Shown here: positions 16,410 to 25,135 of the stretch, piece by piece
Layout of the letters: each line of letters starts with the position of its first letter
Position numbering within the stretch: the stretch's first letter is position 1
DNA from: Chloroflexota bacterium
Lineage (GTDB): Bacteria; Chloroflexota; Dehalococcoidia; Lucifugimonadales; Australimonadaceae
DNA: 48,833 nucleotides
Direction: 5' to 3'
Assembly (NCBI GenBank): GCA_038109085.1
Contig: JAYNIL010000006.1
Span: 1 to 48,833 of the forward strand
Notes under the pieces: generated by a model
Databases searched by the model: none
What the model was told of the DNA's origin: nothing
What the model saw: the letters and a program-made list of their open reading frames with translations, nothing else
Translations under genes and position numbers: made by a program

Positions 16410-17750
16410 TTAGTGCTTCTTGCCGTCGGAGAGCCAGGCCCCGCCCTTACGGGTGCCGGAGGTTTCCTTGCCCCAGACCATCGCCTTGGAGTCCACTTCG
16501 GCCCACTCCGGTAGGCTGATCCCATCGCCGGAGAGCGCGGCCTCCACGTCGGGCTTGCCGGGCTTGTAGTCCTTGAAGGGACCGCCAGTGCCCTCGTAAC
16601 CGGGGTAGTTGTAGTACTCGCAGGGCAGCTCAATTACCCCTTCGTTGACGTCACGATGGACGTTCATGGGCTCGCCGCCGTCCGAGACGATCTGCATCTG
16701 CTCCTCCAGGATGCGCCGGAACATGATGATGCCCACGTCCGTCACGCCGAGGCGCTCGGTGGTGCGGTCGGAGATGGGGCCCTGGGCCAGCCACGCCAGC
16801 GCGTCTTGGGCGATGACGTAGTCGCGGATCAGCCGCCCCTTCTCGTCGTAGAGCGGGCGCTCCTCAAAGGGCACGTCGATGTCTGCCTGCGCGCTCTCGC
16901 CCGCATTGAATTGACGGTAATTGGTGATCAGATGCAGGGTGTGGGTGTCGTCCACCGGAACGCGGAACTCCAGCCCGTGGCCCACCCGCAGGATGTTGGG
17001 GAAGAGGATGGGGTGGCCGATGCGCCAATGGTCCATGTCCTCGGTCTCATCGCCCACCAGTCGGCGCTTGATGATGCCGTAGTCGGTGATCTCGAAGCCG
17101 ATTTTCCTGTGCTCGGCTCCCCGTGCGCCCACGCCTGCGTTCCACAGGTCGCGCTGCTCCTTGGGCTTGGTGCGGTTCATCCACCAGCCGCCGTAGTAGC
17201 GGTGGAGCCACTGGAAGTGCAGCGGGTCCAGGGAGTTCTCCTGGCACTGGAGCCAGTTGCAGGGAAGCACGACCGACCAGGCGTCTCGATAGCCCGGCCA
17301 GGCCAGCACGTCCCACTTCGGGAGCACGGGGGCAGGGGCGGGGCCCAGGTAGGCGAATACCACGCCGCCCAACTCCTGGACGGGGTAGGCCAGCATCTTC
17401 ACCTTGTCCTTGAAGCGTGAGCCCTCGGGCTCGGACGGCTGATCCACGCACTCGCCCTTCTCGTTGAAGAGCCAGCCGTGGTAGCAGCAGCGCAGGCCGT
17501 CCTTCTCGGGGATGCCGTAGGCCATGGAGGCCTTGCGGTGCGGGCAGCCGGGCTCGATGAGCCCCAGGGTGCCGGATGCGTCCCGGTAAAGGATCAGGTC
17601 CTCCCCCAGCAGGCGCACCTCCTTGGTCGGGTTCTCGTCGTTCACCTGTGAGCTGCCTGCGATGGGGTGCCAGTAGCGGCGCATCAGCGCGCCCATCGGC
17701 GTGCCGGGCCCCACCTGCGTTAGCCGGTCGTTTTGTGCCTTGGTTAGCAC
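16410..17750 (-). CDS. Rieske non-heme iron oxygenase alpha subunit (LigXa O-demethylase / phthalate 4,5-dioxygenase-like)
   Basis: VGPGTPMGALMRRYWHP, CPHR...CCYHGW Rieske site, PCNWLQCQENSLDPLHFQWLH iron site, RVPVDD, QD. Confidence 0.92.
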   Translation of the reverse strand: MLTKAQNDRLTQVGPGTPMGALMRRYWHPIAGSSQVNDENPTKEVRLLGEDLILYRDASGTLGLIEPGCPHRKASMAYGIPEKDGLRCCYHGWLFNEKGECVDQPSEPEGSRFKDKVKMLAYPVQELGGVVFAYLGPAPAPVLPKWDVLAWPGYRDAWSVVLPCNWLQCQENSLDPLHFQWLHRYYGGWWMNRTKPKEQRDLWNAGVGARGAEHRKIGFEITDYGIIKRRLVGDETEDMDHWRIGHPILFPNILRVGHGLEFRVPVDDTHTLHLITNYRQFNAGESAQADIDVPFEERPLYDEKGRLIRDYVIAQDALAWLAQGPISDRTTERLGVTDVGIIMFRRILEEQMQIVSDGGEPMNVHRDVNEGVIELPCEYYNYPGYEGTGGPFKDYKPGKPDVEAALSGDGISLPEWAEVDSKAMVWGKETSGTRKGGAWLSDGKKH

Positions 17751-17802
17751 AGCGTTCCCTCCCGTACGGTGCGGATGCGGATAGTGGCATCCCTAGAGAT
17801 AA

Positions 17803-17840
17803 CACATGGCGGGCGCGTGAAGGAACGCACCCGCCATGTG
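17803..17840 (-). terminator. hairpin after the bicupin gene
   Basis: CACATGGCGGGCGCGT...ACGCACCCGCCATGTG; the single mismatch is a G.U pair on the minus strand. Confidence 0.6.
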
Positions 17841-17862
17841 CGGAGTGTGTGAAGGCCGGTGG

Positions 17863-18981
17863 TTAGGAGGCCGCGGTCTTGGCCGGCTTGAACACGTAGT
17901 CGGGGTTCGTGTAGCACTCGTCCGGCATCGCTGTCTTCAGCCCCTTCTCCGCCAGCTTCTCCACGAAGAGCTGCCGGATCCACGGATCCTCGTTGACGTA
18001 CTCGATGTTGTTGTCCTGCGCGTCGCCGCCGTCGTCGTCGTCCTTGCCGATGAACTGCACTGGCGGGTGCAGGGCGAAGTAGCGCGCCGGTATGTTTCCG
18101 GTGTTGAAGTGCTGGTGGTACCACTGGTCGGGGGGCGTGATGGCCGAGCCCTCTTGCCAGGGGTAGACGGTCTTCTCACCGCCCTGCTTCCACATGATGG
18201 AGTAGCCCTCGCCGCCGGGGATGACGATGAGTCGCCCCGGCCCGTGCCGGTGGCCCTTCTTGTAGGTGCCCGGCGGGAAGACAGACATGTGGGCGGAGAG
18301 TTCCGAGTTGGGGACATACATGGCGATGGACGAACCGCCCGCCCCGCGCGAGGCGAGGGAGACCAGCTTGTCCCATGCCAGGAGATCAGGCCAGAAGTTG
18401 CCGCGCCAGACCTTTCCGCCGATGCGCCCCCACGCCGAGCCGAAGTCCTTGACTACGTCCTTGGCGTCGGAGAAGAAGTCCTGCTGCGCGTCATCGATGG
18501 GCCCGGTGTTCACCTGTTTGTTGTTGAAGAAGAACTCCGGGTCGTTGATGACCGTCATGGCGATGGGCAGGTAGTTGAAGAAGAGCAGCCGCACGGGGCT
18601 GGAGCCCATGTTCTTCAGCTCGCACCAGGCGTTGCGGGGAACCACGAAGGCTGAGCGAGGGCCCCACTCAAAGTCGCGCCGGGTCTTGGAGACCTCACCC
18701 CACACGGAGGAGAAGCCACGGCCGGACAGCACGTACACCAGTTCGTCCACGCCCAGCTTGAAGGGCTTGAGGCTCCCGCCGGACGGGATCTCCTGGACAC
18801 GGGCCTCGGTGACGCCGCCCATGTCAGTGAAGCGGATCAGTGCGGCGTCGCACCCGCGCACGTCCCAGTGCCCCAGCTCCAGGGTGCGCAGGTCCGGGAC
18901 GTAGCAGTCCTCGTAAAGAGGAACACCCTTCTCAGCCTGCTCCTGCAGCCAGTTGTCGTGAAGGAAGTAGCTCTTGGCCAT
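17863..18981 (-). CDS. bicupin protein (gentisate dioxygenase-like fold), function unknown
   Basis: C-terminal cupin GTYKKGHRHGPG..GEGYS..WYHQHFNTG; N-terminal cupin DELVYVLSGRG..VPRNAWCELKN. GGAGG RBS before ATG 18981. Confidence 0.85.
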   Translation of the reverse strand: MAKSYFLHDNWLQEQAEKGVPLYEDCYVPDLRTLELGHWDVRGCDAALIRFTDMGGVTEARVQEIPSGGSLKPFKLGVDELVYVLSGRGFSSVWGEVSKTRRDFEWGPRSAFVVPRNAWCELKNMGSSPVRLLFFNYLPIAMTVINDPEFFFNNKQVNTGPIDDAQQDFFSDAKDVVKDFGSAWGRIGGKVWRGNFWPDLLAWDKLVSLASRGAGGSSIAMYVPNSELSAHMSVFPPGTYKKGHRHGPGRLIVIPGGEGYSIMWKQGGEKTVYPWQEGSAITPPDQWYHQHFNTGNIPARYFALHPPVQFIGKDDDDGGDAQDNNIEYVNEDPWIRQLFVEKLAEKGLKTAMPDECYTNPDYVFKPAKTAAS

Positions 18982-19147
18982 CGGGCCTCCCATCGGTGAG
19001 TTGGCGGTAGGTCCGCCAGGTTCGGGGCAGTGTAGCAAAAGTTGTACCGGTGCGGGCGCTCCCCATCGAGGGTGCGGGCGAGCCCGCAGTAACTTTCCGG
19101 CCCGAAGATCTGCAGGAGAAGGCGCGCGAGATGCTGGGCGCAACCGC

Positions 19148-19591
19148 CTAGCGCCCTGCGGCCATGGCAGCTAGCCCCGCTGCCAGCTCCTCCGTTTCCG
19201 CCGCCGAGAGGCGCGCTTCGGGGTGCAGCGGTAAGTAGAACCAGGGCGGCATCTCTCCCTCGCCCACGGTCTGCGTTGCGTTGCGCAAGGGCCGGTTGGA
19301 ACTCCACTCAGAGAAGTTTAGCTCCGCGCGCCCCCCGTCCACGTCGCTCTGCACCAGCCAGGAGAACGGCGCGACGTTGGAGTACCAAGGCCAGGTTGTC
19401 TCGTTGGAATGGCAGCTGCAGCAGGTGCGGACGGCCAGTTCACGGGTGGTTGCGCTATCCCAGACTGGCTCCGTCACGACCGGAGGGTTGGTGTGAGCGC
19501 GCCCGTAGGGCACAGCCTGCATCAGCACCAAGAGCCCCACCAGCACCAGCGGCGACAGTTTCAACCAATGCTTCCATCGAATTGCCTGCAC
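19148..19591 (-). CDS. Haem_bd-type c-type heme-binding protein
   Basis: Signal/TM helix, HTNPPV, CxxCH (TCCSCHSNETTWPWYS), GRAELNFSEW, MPP. Confidence 0.85.
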   Translation of the reverse strand: MQAIRWKHWLKLSPLVLVGLLVLMQAVPYGRAHTNPPVVTEPVWDSATTRELAVRTCCSCHSNETTWPWYSNVAPFSWLVQSDVDGGRAELNFSEWSSNRPLRNATQTVGEGEMPPWFYLPLHPEARLSAAETEELAAGLAAMAAGR

Positions 19592-19742
19592 GGGGGACTC
19601 TTCGGACGGGCGCGCTCCCAGAGCAAACGCGCATGCGTGGCGGACGGTTGTCTGCTCCGATGCTTATGCGGGGCGGAGGGCCGGTGCGCCGCACCGTCGG
19701 CAAGCGCTATCCTTCGGCCCACTCCACCATGAGGTGAGCCCT

Positions 19743-20495
19743 ATGAGCACCGGCCCTGACTTCACCGGCAAGATCGCCATCGTCACCGGCGCCAGCCGTG
19801 GCATCGGCCGCCAACTCGCCCTGGCGCTGGCACGCCAAGGGGCGACGGTGGTGGGCACCGCTCGCAACCTCGAGGCCTCTCCCGGGCAGGGCGGCACCCT
19901 GTCCAGCATGGTGGCCGAGGCGAAGACTAGTGGCTGGCGCGCGGAGGGCATCGCCGCACGGATCACCGACCCGGCTGACGCCAAGCGGCTCGTGGATGAG
20001 GTCATCACCCGGCACGGGCGGGTGGACATCCTGTGCAACAACGCCGGGCACCTGGTGGACAAGAACCTCCAGGAGCACACCGAGGAGGAGATACACCAGA
20101 CCTATCTCGTCAACGTGTTCGCGCCCCTCTACCTGATACGCGCGGTGCTCCCCGGCATGCGGGCTCAGCGCGCTGGCAACATCTTCAACGTCACCTCCGG
20201 CTCTGGGGTGGGCTCCCCGCGCCCCGGTCAGACGGTCTACTCATCCACGAAGGCGGCGTTGGACCGCATCACCTGGGTGCTGGCTCATGAGGTGAAGGGC
20301 GAAGGTGTGGCCATCAACTCCTGGTGGCCCGGCATCGTCGCCACCGACATGACCGCCGGACGCTTGCAGGGCGACCCGCTAGAGATGGTTGAGGAATCAG
20401 CTCTGTGGGTCATGGCCCAAACGGCGGCCAACTTCACCGCGCGCACCGTGCGCCGGGGTGAGTTCGGCACCGTCTACGGGCCCGGACTGGACTAG
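19743..20495 (+). CDS. SDR-family oxidoreductase
   Basis: TGASRGIG, NNAG, YSSTK. Confidence 0.92.
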   Translation: MSTGPDFTGKIAIVTGASRGIGRQLALALARQGATVVGTARNLEASPGQGGTLSSMVAEAKTSGWRAEGIAARITDPADAKRLVDEVITRHGRVDILCNNAGHLVDKNLQEHTEEEIHQTYLVNVFAPLYLIRAVLPGMRAQRAGNIFNVTSGSGVGSPRPGQTVYSSTKAALDRITWVLAHEVKGEGVAINSWWPGIVATDMTAGRLQGDPLEMVEESALWVMAQTAANFTARTVRRGEFGTVYGPGLD

Positions 20496-20497
20496 GC

Positions 20498-20793
20498 ATG
20501 CAGCAAAACCTGAGGGGGTTCGCCGCGTTGGTGGTGGACTGGCGACGGATGCCACAGACCACCAAGGCCGGGTAGACGGGCAGCGCCGAGGTGCGCTATA
20601 GCCCCGGCTACCTGGCGGACCACTAGTGTGTGCAGGGCCACTTGGTGCATGTGCTGCAGGGCAGCCTGGACGTGGAGCTGCGCGACAGCCAACAGGTGGC
20701 CGTGGGGGCAGGGGCGAGCCTGGCGCTGCCCGGCTGGAACCGGCACATCGTGCTCGCTCCACGGGCGGCGCGCTCATCCTGGTAGTGGATTGA
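20498..20793 (+). pseudogene. degraded DHCW-motif cupin gene
   Basis: Reads VDW..MPQTTKAG*TGSA-EVRYSPGYLADH*CVQGHLVHVLQG...; in-frame TAG at 20573 and 20624. The C-terminus RSTGGALILVVD* is in another frame. Confidence 0.75.
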
Positions 20794-20856
20794 CCAACCC
20801 CTTGTAACCCGACAAAGACCGCATGAGAATATGTTCATTCTCGGCTGGATGGATGT

Positions 20857-21090
20857 ATGTCTAAGAAGCAGCTGGCCCTGGTGGGTGGTGTGGTGACGGT
20901 CTCGGTTTCGGTGGTGGGGATCCTGCTGGACACCTGGGCGCTGGCCGCCCCGTTGGACATGCTGTTTGGGGTCGATGACTTCTCCGGTAGCATCATCGGC
21001 CGCTCCCTGATGGCAGCGGCCTTCGGCGCCGTGCTGCTGGTGACCGGCTACATCGCCGGCCGCCGCACAGGCTACATCAGCCTGCGCTAG
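20857..21090 (+). CDS. small two-TM membrane protein
   Basis: 77-aa ORF with two hydrophobic helices; GGATGGA upstream. Confidence 0.65.
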   Translation: MSKKQLALVGGVVTVSVSVVGILLDTWALAAPLDMLFGVDDFSGSIIGRSLMAAAFGAVLLVTGYIAGRRTGYISLR

Positions 21091-21187
21091 AGCGGCTCGC
21101 CGCTCAGCGGCCCCGCGGTGATCACCAGCCCTAGCTGGTCGTAGGGCCGATTTCGGATCAGCCGGGCCCCCCGAGTGCGCGGGGGGC

Positions 21188-21313
21188 TCACCGTCCCCCT
21201 CGCCCTGCGAGGCTCAGGCTGGTCTGCCCGGTCGCCACCGCCATCAACAGCATGATGGCCAGCATCGCCATGGCCGCATACAGCGGCAGAACCAAACGCA
21301 GACCCGTCCTCAT
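21188..21313 (-). CDS. putative 41-aa membrane micropeptide
   Basis: GAGGGGTG RBS, MRTGLRLVLPLYAAMAMLAIMLLMAVATGQTSLSLAGRGGR*, followed by a hairpin at 21164-21189. Confidence 0.45.
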   Translation of the reverse strand: MRTGLRLVLPLYAAMAMLAIMLLMAVATGQTSLSLAGRGGR

Positions 21314-21378
21314 CGCTTCACCCCTCACACGTCTGTTTGTGCGGCAAGACCAGCATCGCTACGGGGTGTTTAGCCCGT

Positions 21379-21407
21379 GTGACGGCCCCGTTACGGCTCT
21401 GTTACGG
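21379..21407. promoter_or_regulatory. three 11-bp-phased direct repeats GT(G/T)ACGG
   Basis: GTGACGG at 21379, GTTACGG at 21390, GTTACGG at 21401, in a divergent intergenic region. Confidence 0.5.
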
Positions 21408-21436
21408 TTGCGCCCTAGCCCGGCAGGAGGGCACCC

Positions 21437-22270
21437 ATGGCACAGATGCTTACAGGCAGGGTGGCGCTGGTGACGGGAGCGGGGAGCCCCCGTGGACTGG
21501 GGCGGGCCATGGCGCTCGCCCTGGCGGGAGCGGGCGCACGGGTCGGTATCGCTGACGTGGACGAGGCCGCGGCCCGTACGGTGGCTGCCGAGGCCGAGGC
21601 GTTGGGCGGGAAGGGTAGCGCGCTGGCGGTAAGGGTGGACACGTCCGACCCCGCGCAGGCTCATGCCGCTGTGGACGCAGCCATCGCGGGGTTGGGTGGC
21701 CTGCACGTTCTGGTCAACTGCGCGGGCATCAACCCGCACACCGTCCACGGGGCCACGGAGCCACTCTCCTATTGGAAGGACGCCCCCGCGGTGTGGGAGC
21801 GGGTGCTGGCCGTGAACCTCAACGGCTACTTCCACATGGCCCACGCCGCCACTCCCTACCTGCTGGCGCAGGGCTGGGGGCGCATCGTCTCTGTCACCAC
21901 CAGTTTCGACACCATGATCCGGGGCGAGACCTCCCCTTACGGCCCGGCAAAGGCGGGGTGTGAGGCACTGGCCTCGGTGATGGCAGCGGACCTGGCGGGC
22001 ACGGGCGTCACCTCTAACGTGCTGGTGCCGGGCGGGGCTACGGACACCAACATGGTGAAGGCGCCACCCGAGTTCGACCGCTCCCGCCTTCTACGTCCTG
22101 AGGTGATGGGCGAACCGGTGGTATGGCTCGCGTCCGATGAGGCGGACGGGTTCAACGGCCAGCGCATCATCGGCGCGGCATGGGATGGGAGGTTGGGGCT
22201 GGAGGAGCGTCTGGCGCGCTGCGCGGCCCCTGCCGCGTGGCCGCAGCTGGGGCGCAGGAACCGCAGGTAG
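21437..22270 (+). CDS. SDR-family oxidoreductase
   Basis: TGAGSPRGLG, NCAG, YGPAK, NVLVPGG. Confidence 0.92.
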   Translation: MAQMLTGRVALVTGAGSPRGLGRAMALALAGAGARVGIADVDEAAARTVAAEAEALGGKGSALAVRVDTSDPAQAHAAVDAAIAGLGGLHVLVNCAGINPHTVHGATEPLSYWKDAPAVWERVLAVNLNGYFHMAHAATPYLLAQGWGRIVSVTTSFDTMIRGETSPYGPAKAGCEALASVMAADLAGTGVTSNVLVPGGATDTNMVKAPPEFDRSRLLRPEVMGEPVVWLASDEADGFNGQRIIGAAWDGRLGLEERLARCAAPAAWPQLGRRNRR

Positions 22271-22277
22271 TCGGGGA

Positions 22278-22352
<75 letters not shown>

Positions 22353-22368
22353 CCGCTCCTGGGAGGCG

Positions 22369-22827
22369 CTAGCGCACCTCGAACACGGCGTCGATGGACA
22401 CGGTGCCGTCGAAGGGGTTGCGCGCCACGCCCATGGACGAGCGCGCGTGCCGCCCGGCATCGCCGTACAGCTCCATCAGCAGGTCGGAGCAGCCGTTGAC
22501 CACCTTGGCGTAGTCGTTGAAGTCCGGGGTGGACTGCACCATGCCGAAGACCTTGACCACATGCACGACGTTGTCAAGGTCGCCGATAATGGTCTTGAGG
22601 TTGGAGAGCATGCGCAGACAGGCGCGCCGTCCAGCCTCGTACCCCTCCTCGAGCGTACCGCCTCCCCCCATCACCACGGTGATGTTGGAGTCTGCGGTGC
22701 GGGGGCCCACGGCGCTGGTGAACACTAGGTCCCCGGCGCGGTAGCCCACCAGGTAGGAGCCCGCGGGGGGCACGGGGTCGGGCAGCTTGAGGCCCAGGCT
22801 CGCCAGCTTCTCCTCAACGCGGGGCAT
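22369..22827 (-). CDS. RidA/YjgF-family protein
   Basis: EEKLASLGLKLP, VVKVFGMV, VVNGCSDL..LYGDAGRHARSSMG. Confidence 0.9.
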   Translation of the reverse strand: MPRVEEKLASLGLKLPDPVPPAGSYLVGYRAGDLVFTSAVGPRTADSNITVVMGGGGTLEEGYEAGRRACLRMLSNLKTIIGDLDNVVHVVKVFGMVQSTPDFNDYAKVVNGCSDLLMELYGDAGRHARSSMGVARNPFDGTVSIDAVFEVR

Positions 22828-24163
22828 CGCGATCCTCCGAAGGGGGTTTGGCGGGCTCGCCCGCCGGTGGCGACAGTATAGCGTCCGGCGCGGTACCGGC
22901 TGGGACCGGACTGCCAGGCGCCGGAACGCGTCCACCCCGTCTGCCCGTCTCCACGCCGAAGATGGCGACGATGGCCGTGGCCGCTACAAGCACCAGAGCG
23001 ACGATCCAGAAGGCCGTGGTGAAGCCGAGCCAGTCGGCGATGCCGCCGATGAGCAGAGGGCCGGTTATCTGTCCGATATTGGTGAACAGATGCCAGACGC
23101 CCAGGAACGCCCCGCGCATGTGATCCGGGGCCTGGTCCATTGCGTAAACCTGGATCGTCCCGGTGCCCATGGCCTCGGCGGTGCCGAAGACGATGACGGC
23201 GATGGCGGCAGAGGCGAATGAGGTAGTCCCCGCCATGAGCCAAACGCTCACCGCGGTGAGGGAGAGGCTGGCCAGCAGTAGCTTCTTACGCCCGTACCGG
23301 TCGGTGGCGAGGCCCGCTGGCATGGAGGCGATGAGCGCCAGCAGACCGGCAACGGCGATGAGGTTACCCACTGCCGCCGCGTCCAGCCCCGCTACCTGAC
23401 GGGTCTGCACGGGGAAGAGGGTGCGGAACACGCCCGTGCCGCCCACCACCAGACCAAGCCCAACGGTGCCCACCGCCAGAGCGAAGAAGGCGCGGGTGCG
23501 GAACATGGACATGTCGGCCCGCCACCAGGGTGCGCCGGAACGGGCCCGGCGCGGGCTGCGCTTAGCGGATTCCCTGATGAGCAGGACGGTAACGATGACC
23601 ACGGCCAATTTGGTTGCGGCGATGAACAGGAACACCCAGCGCAGACCGATAAAGGTGGCGATCAGGCCACCCACCACCGGGCCCGTGAGTAGCCCGATAC
23701 GCGAGGACGATTCGCGCAGCGCCACGGCGCGCCCGCGCGTCTCCACCACGGTGGAGTCCGCCAACAGGGCGGAGGCGGAGGTCATCCACACACTGATGCC
23801 GGTTCCCGCCAGTATCTCCAGCAGGAAGAACGCCAGGTAGTGATGGACGAAGAAGTCGGAGGTGAGGGCGATGATGTGTAGCACCGCGCCCAAGATGATG
23901 AAGGGCTTGCGGCCGAACCGGTCGGTGAGCCAGCCGGTGAGCGGCCCCGTTATGACGCGGGGGGCAGCGCTGACGGATGAGACCAGCGCCACCAAGAGGA
24001 ACGAGTCACCTAGGTCATAGGCGAACAGGGGACGCACCAGCCACAGACCGCCCGTGCCGAACCCCCAGAAGAAGAACATGAGGAAGACGGGCAGCGTTTT
24101 GGGGCTGAGCAGTGCCCAGAAGGAGGGTTTTTGGGGGGCTGGCGCGCCGGCGTTGTGTGCCAA
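22814..24163 (-). CDS. MFS transporter
   Basis: GWLTDRFGRK and GLATDRYGRK motif A copies; about 12 TM helices. Confidence 0.92.
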   Translation of the reverse strand: MAHNAGAPAPQKPSFWALLSPKTLPVFLMFFFWGFGTGGLWLVRPLFAYDLGDSFLLVALVSSVSAAPRVITGPLTGWLTDRFGRKPFIILGAVLHIIALTSDFFVHHYLAFFLLEILAGTGISVWMTSASALLADSTVVETRGRAVALRESSSRIGLLTGPVVGGLIATFIGLRWVFLFIAATKLAVVIVTVLLIRESAKRSPRRARSGAPWWRADMSMFRTRAFFALAVGTVGLGLVVGGTGVFRTLFPVQTRQVAGLDAAAVGNLIAVAGLLALIASMPAGLATDRYGRKKLLLASLSLTAVSVWLMAGTTSFASAAIAVIVFGTAEAMGTGTIQVYAMDQAPDHMRGAFLGVWHLFTNIGQITGPLLIGGIADWLGFTTAFWIVALVLVAATAIVAIFGVETGRRGGRVPAPGSPVPAGTAPDAILSPPAGEPAKPPSEDRDAPR

Positions 24164-24243
24164 GGTGGCGAGATGCTACCACGGTGCATGCACTTGTGCG
24201 TGGGCCTATGATGCGCCCGTTACCCCACCGTCCGAGGTGCGTG

Positions 24244-25011
24244 ATGGACACTCCCGTCTGGGAGCGATTCGACTCGGCCCATACCCTGGGCCGCCACATC
24301 AACGGCTACGGCACCCTTGTGTCCACCCAGGATGCGGCGTGGGCGCTGGCCGACGCAGGCGCGCGCCACGGAACCGCGGTGCAGGCGGACACGCAGACCC
24401 AGGGCAGGGGGCGCTTTGCGCGCCGCTGGGAGGCGGGCCCCGGCGATGCGCTGCTGCTCTCGGTGCTGGTGCGCCCGCCGTTGGCCGTGGTGCCGCTGCT
24501 CACCGTGGCCACAACGCTGGCGGTGTGCGATGCGGTGCGCGCGCTGGCCGGGGTGGAGGCGGCGGTGAAGTGGCCGAACGACGTGCACGTGGACGGGCGC
24601 AAGCTGGCGGGTGTGCTGGCCGAGGGGCGCACAGGCACCGATGGCGCGACGGCCTGTGTGATAGGAATCGGCCTGAACCTGAACCTGGACCCCGCCGCTC
24701 ACCCCGCAATCGCGGAAACGGCCACCAGCCTGCGGGCCCTCACCAGCGGTTATTTCGAACCGGCGCACGCCGGTGCCGTGGTGCTGGCGGCACTGGACGG
24801 CGCGTACGCAGCCGGGGTCGGCGGCGAAGACCTTGTGGCCCGCTGGCGCGCGGCGCTGGACACGCTGGGCAAGCGGGTTCGGGTGGGTGTGCCAGGCGGG
24901 GCGCTGGCCGGCATCGCCGAAGACGTGGACCGGGAAGGCCGGCTATTGTTGCGGACGGACGACGGGCGGGTCCACACGCTGCCCGCCGGTGACGTGACCC
25001 TCGCAACCTGA
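24244..25011 (+). CDS. birA: biotin--protein ligase (no HTH)
   Basis: STQD, QTQGRGRFARRW, KWPND, KLAGVL, GIGLN. Confidence 0.93.
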   Translation: MDTPVWERFDSAHTLGRHINGYGTLVSTQDAAWALADAGARHGTAVQADTQTQGRGRFARRWEAGPGDALLLSVLVRPPLAVVPLLTVATTLAVCDAVRALAGVEAAVKWPNDVHVDGRKLAGVLAEGRTGTDGATACVIGIGLNLNLDPAAHPAIAETATSLRALTSGYFEPAHAGAVVLAALDGAYAAGVGGEDLVARWRAALDTLGKRVRVGVPGGALAGIAEDVDREGRLLLRTDDGRVHTLPAGDVTLAT

Positions 25012-25044
25012 CGGTCTAGATCTTTGCGCCCGATGACGGTGCGT

Positions 25045-25074
25045 TTGCTGGGCCTCCGGGCCTTCCGGTACAAT
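25045..25074 (+). promoter_or_regulatory. his operon promoter candidate
   Basis: TTGCTG-18 bp-TACAAT. Confidence 0.45.
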
Positions 25075-25135
25075 AAGAGTTCCTACGTGCGAGCGCACGC
25101 GCTAGAGCCCCGCCCATCGGTCTGAAGGAGCACCT

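Noticed and set aside
19400-19430. CCSCH heme motif with an extra Cys
   Set aside because: It still fits CxxCH, and a single substitution is not evidence of new chemistry.
20573-20626. Possible pyrrolysine or amber readthrough at two TAG codons
   Set aside because: They replace different residues and co-occur with a deletion and a frameshift; TAG is a normal stop for many genes here.
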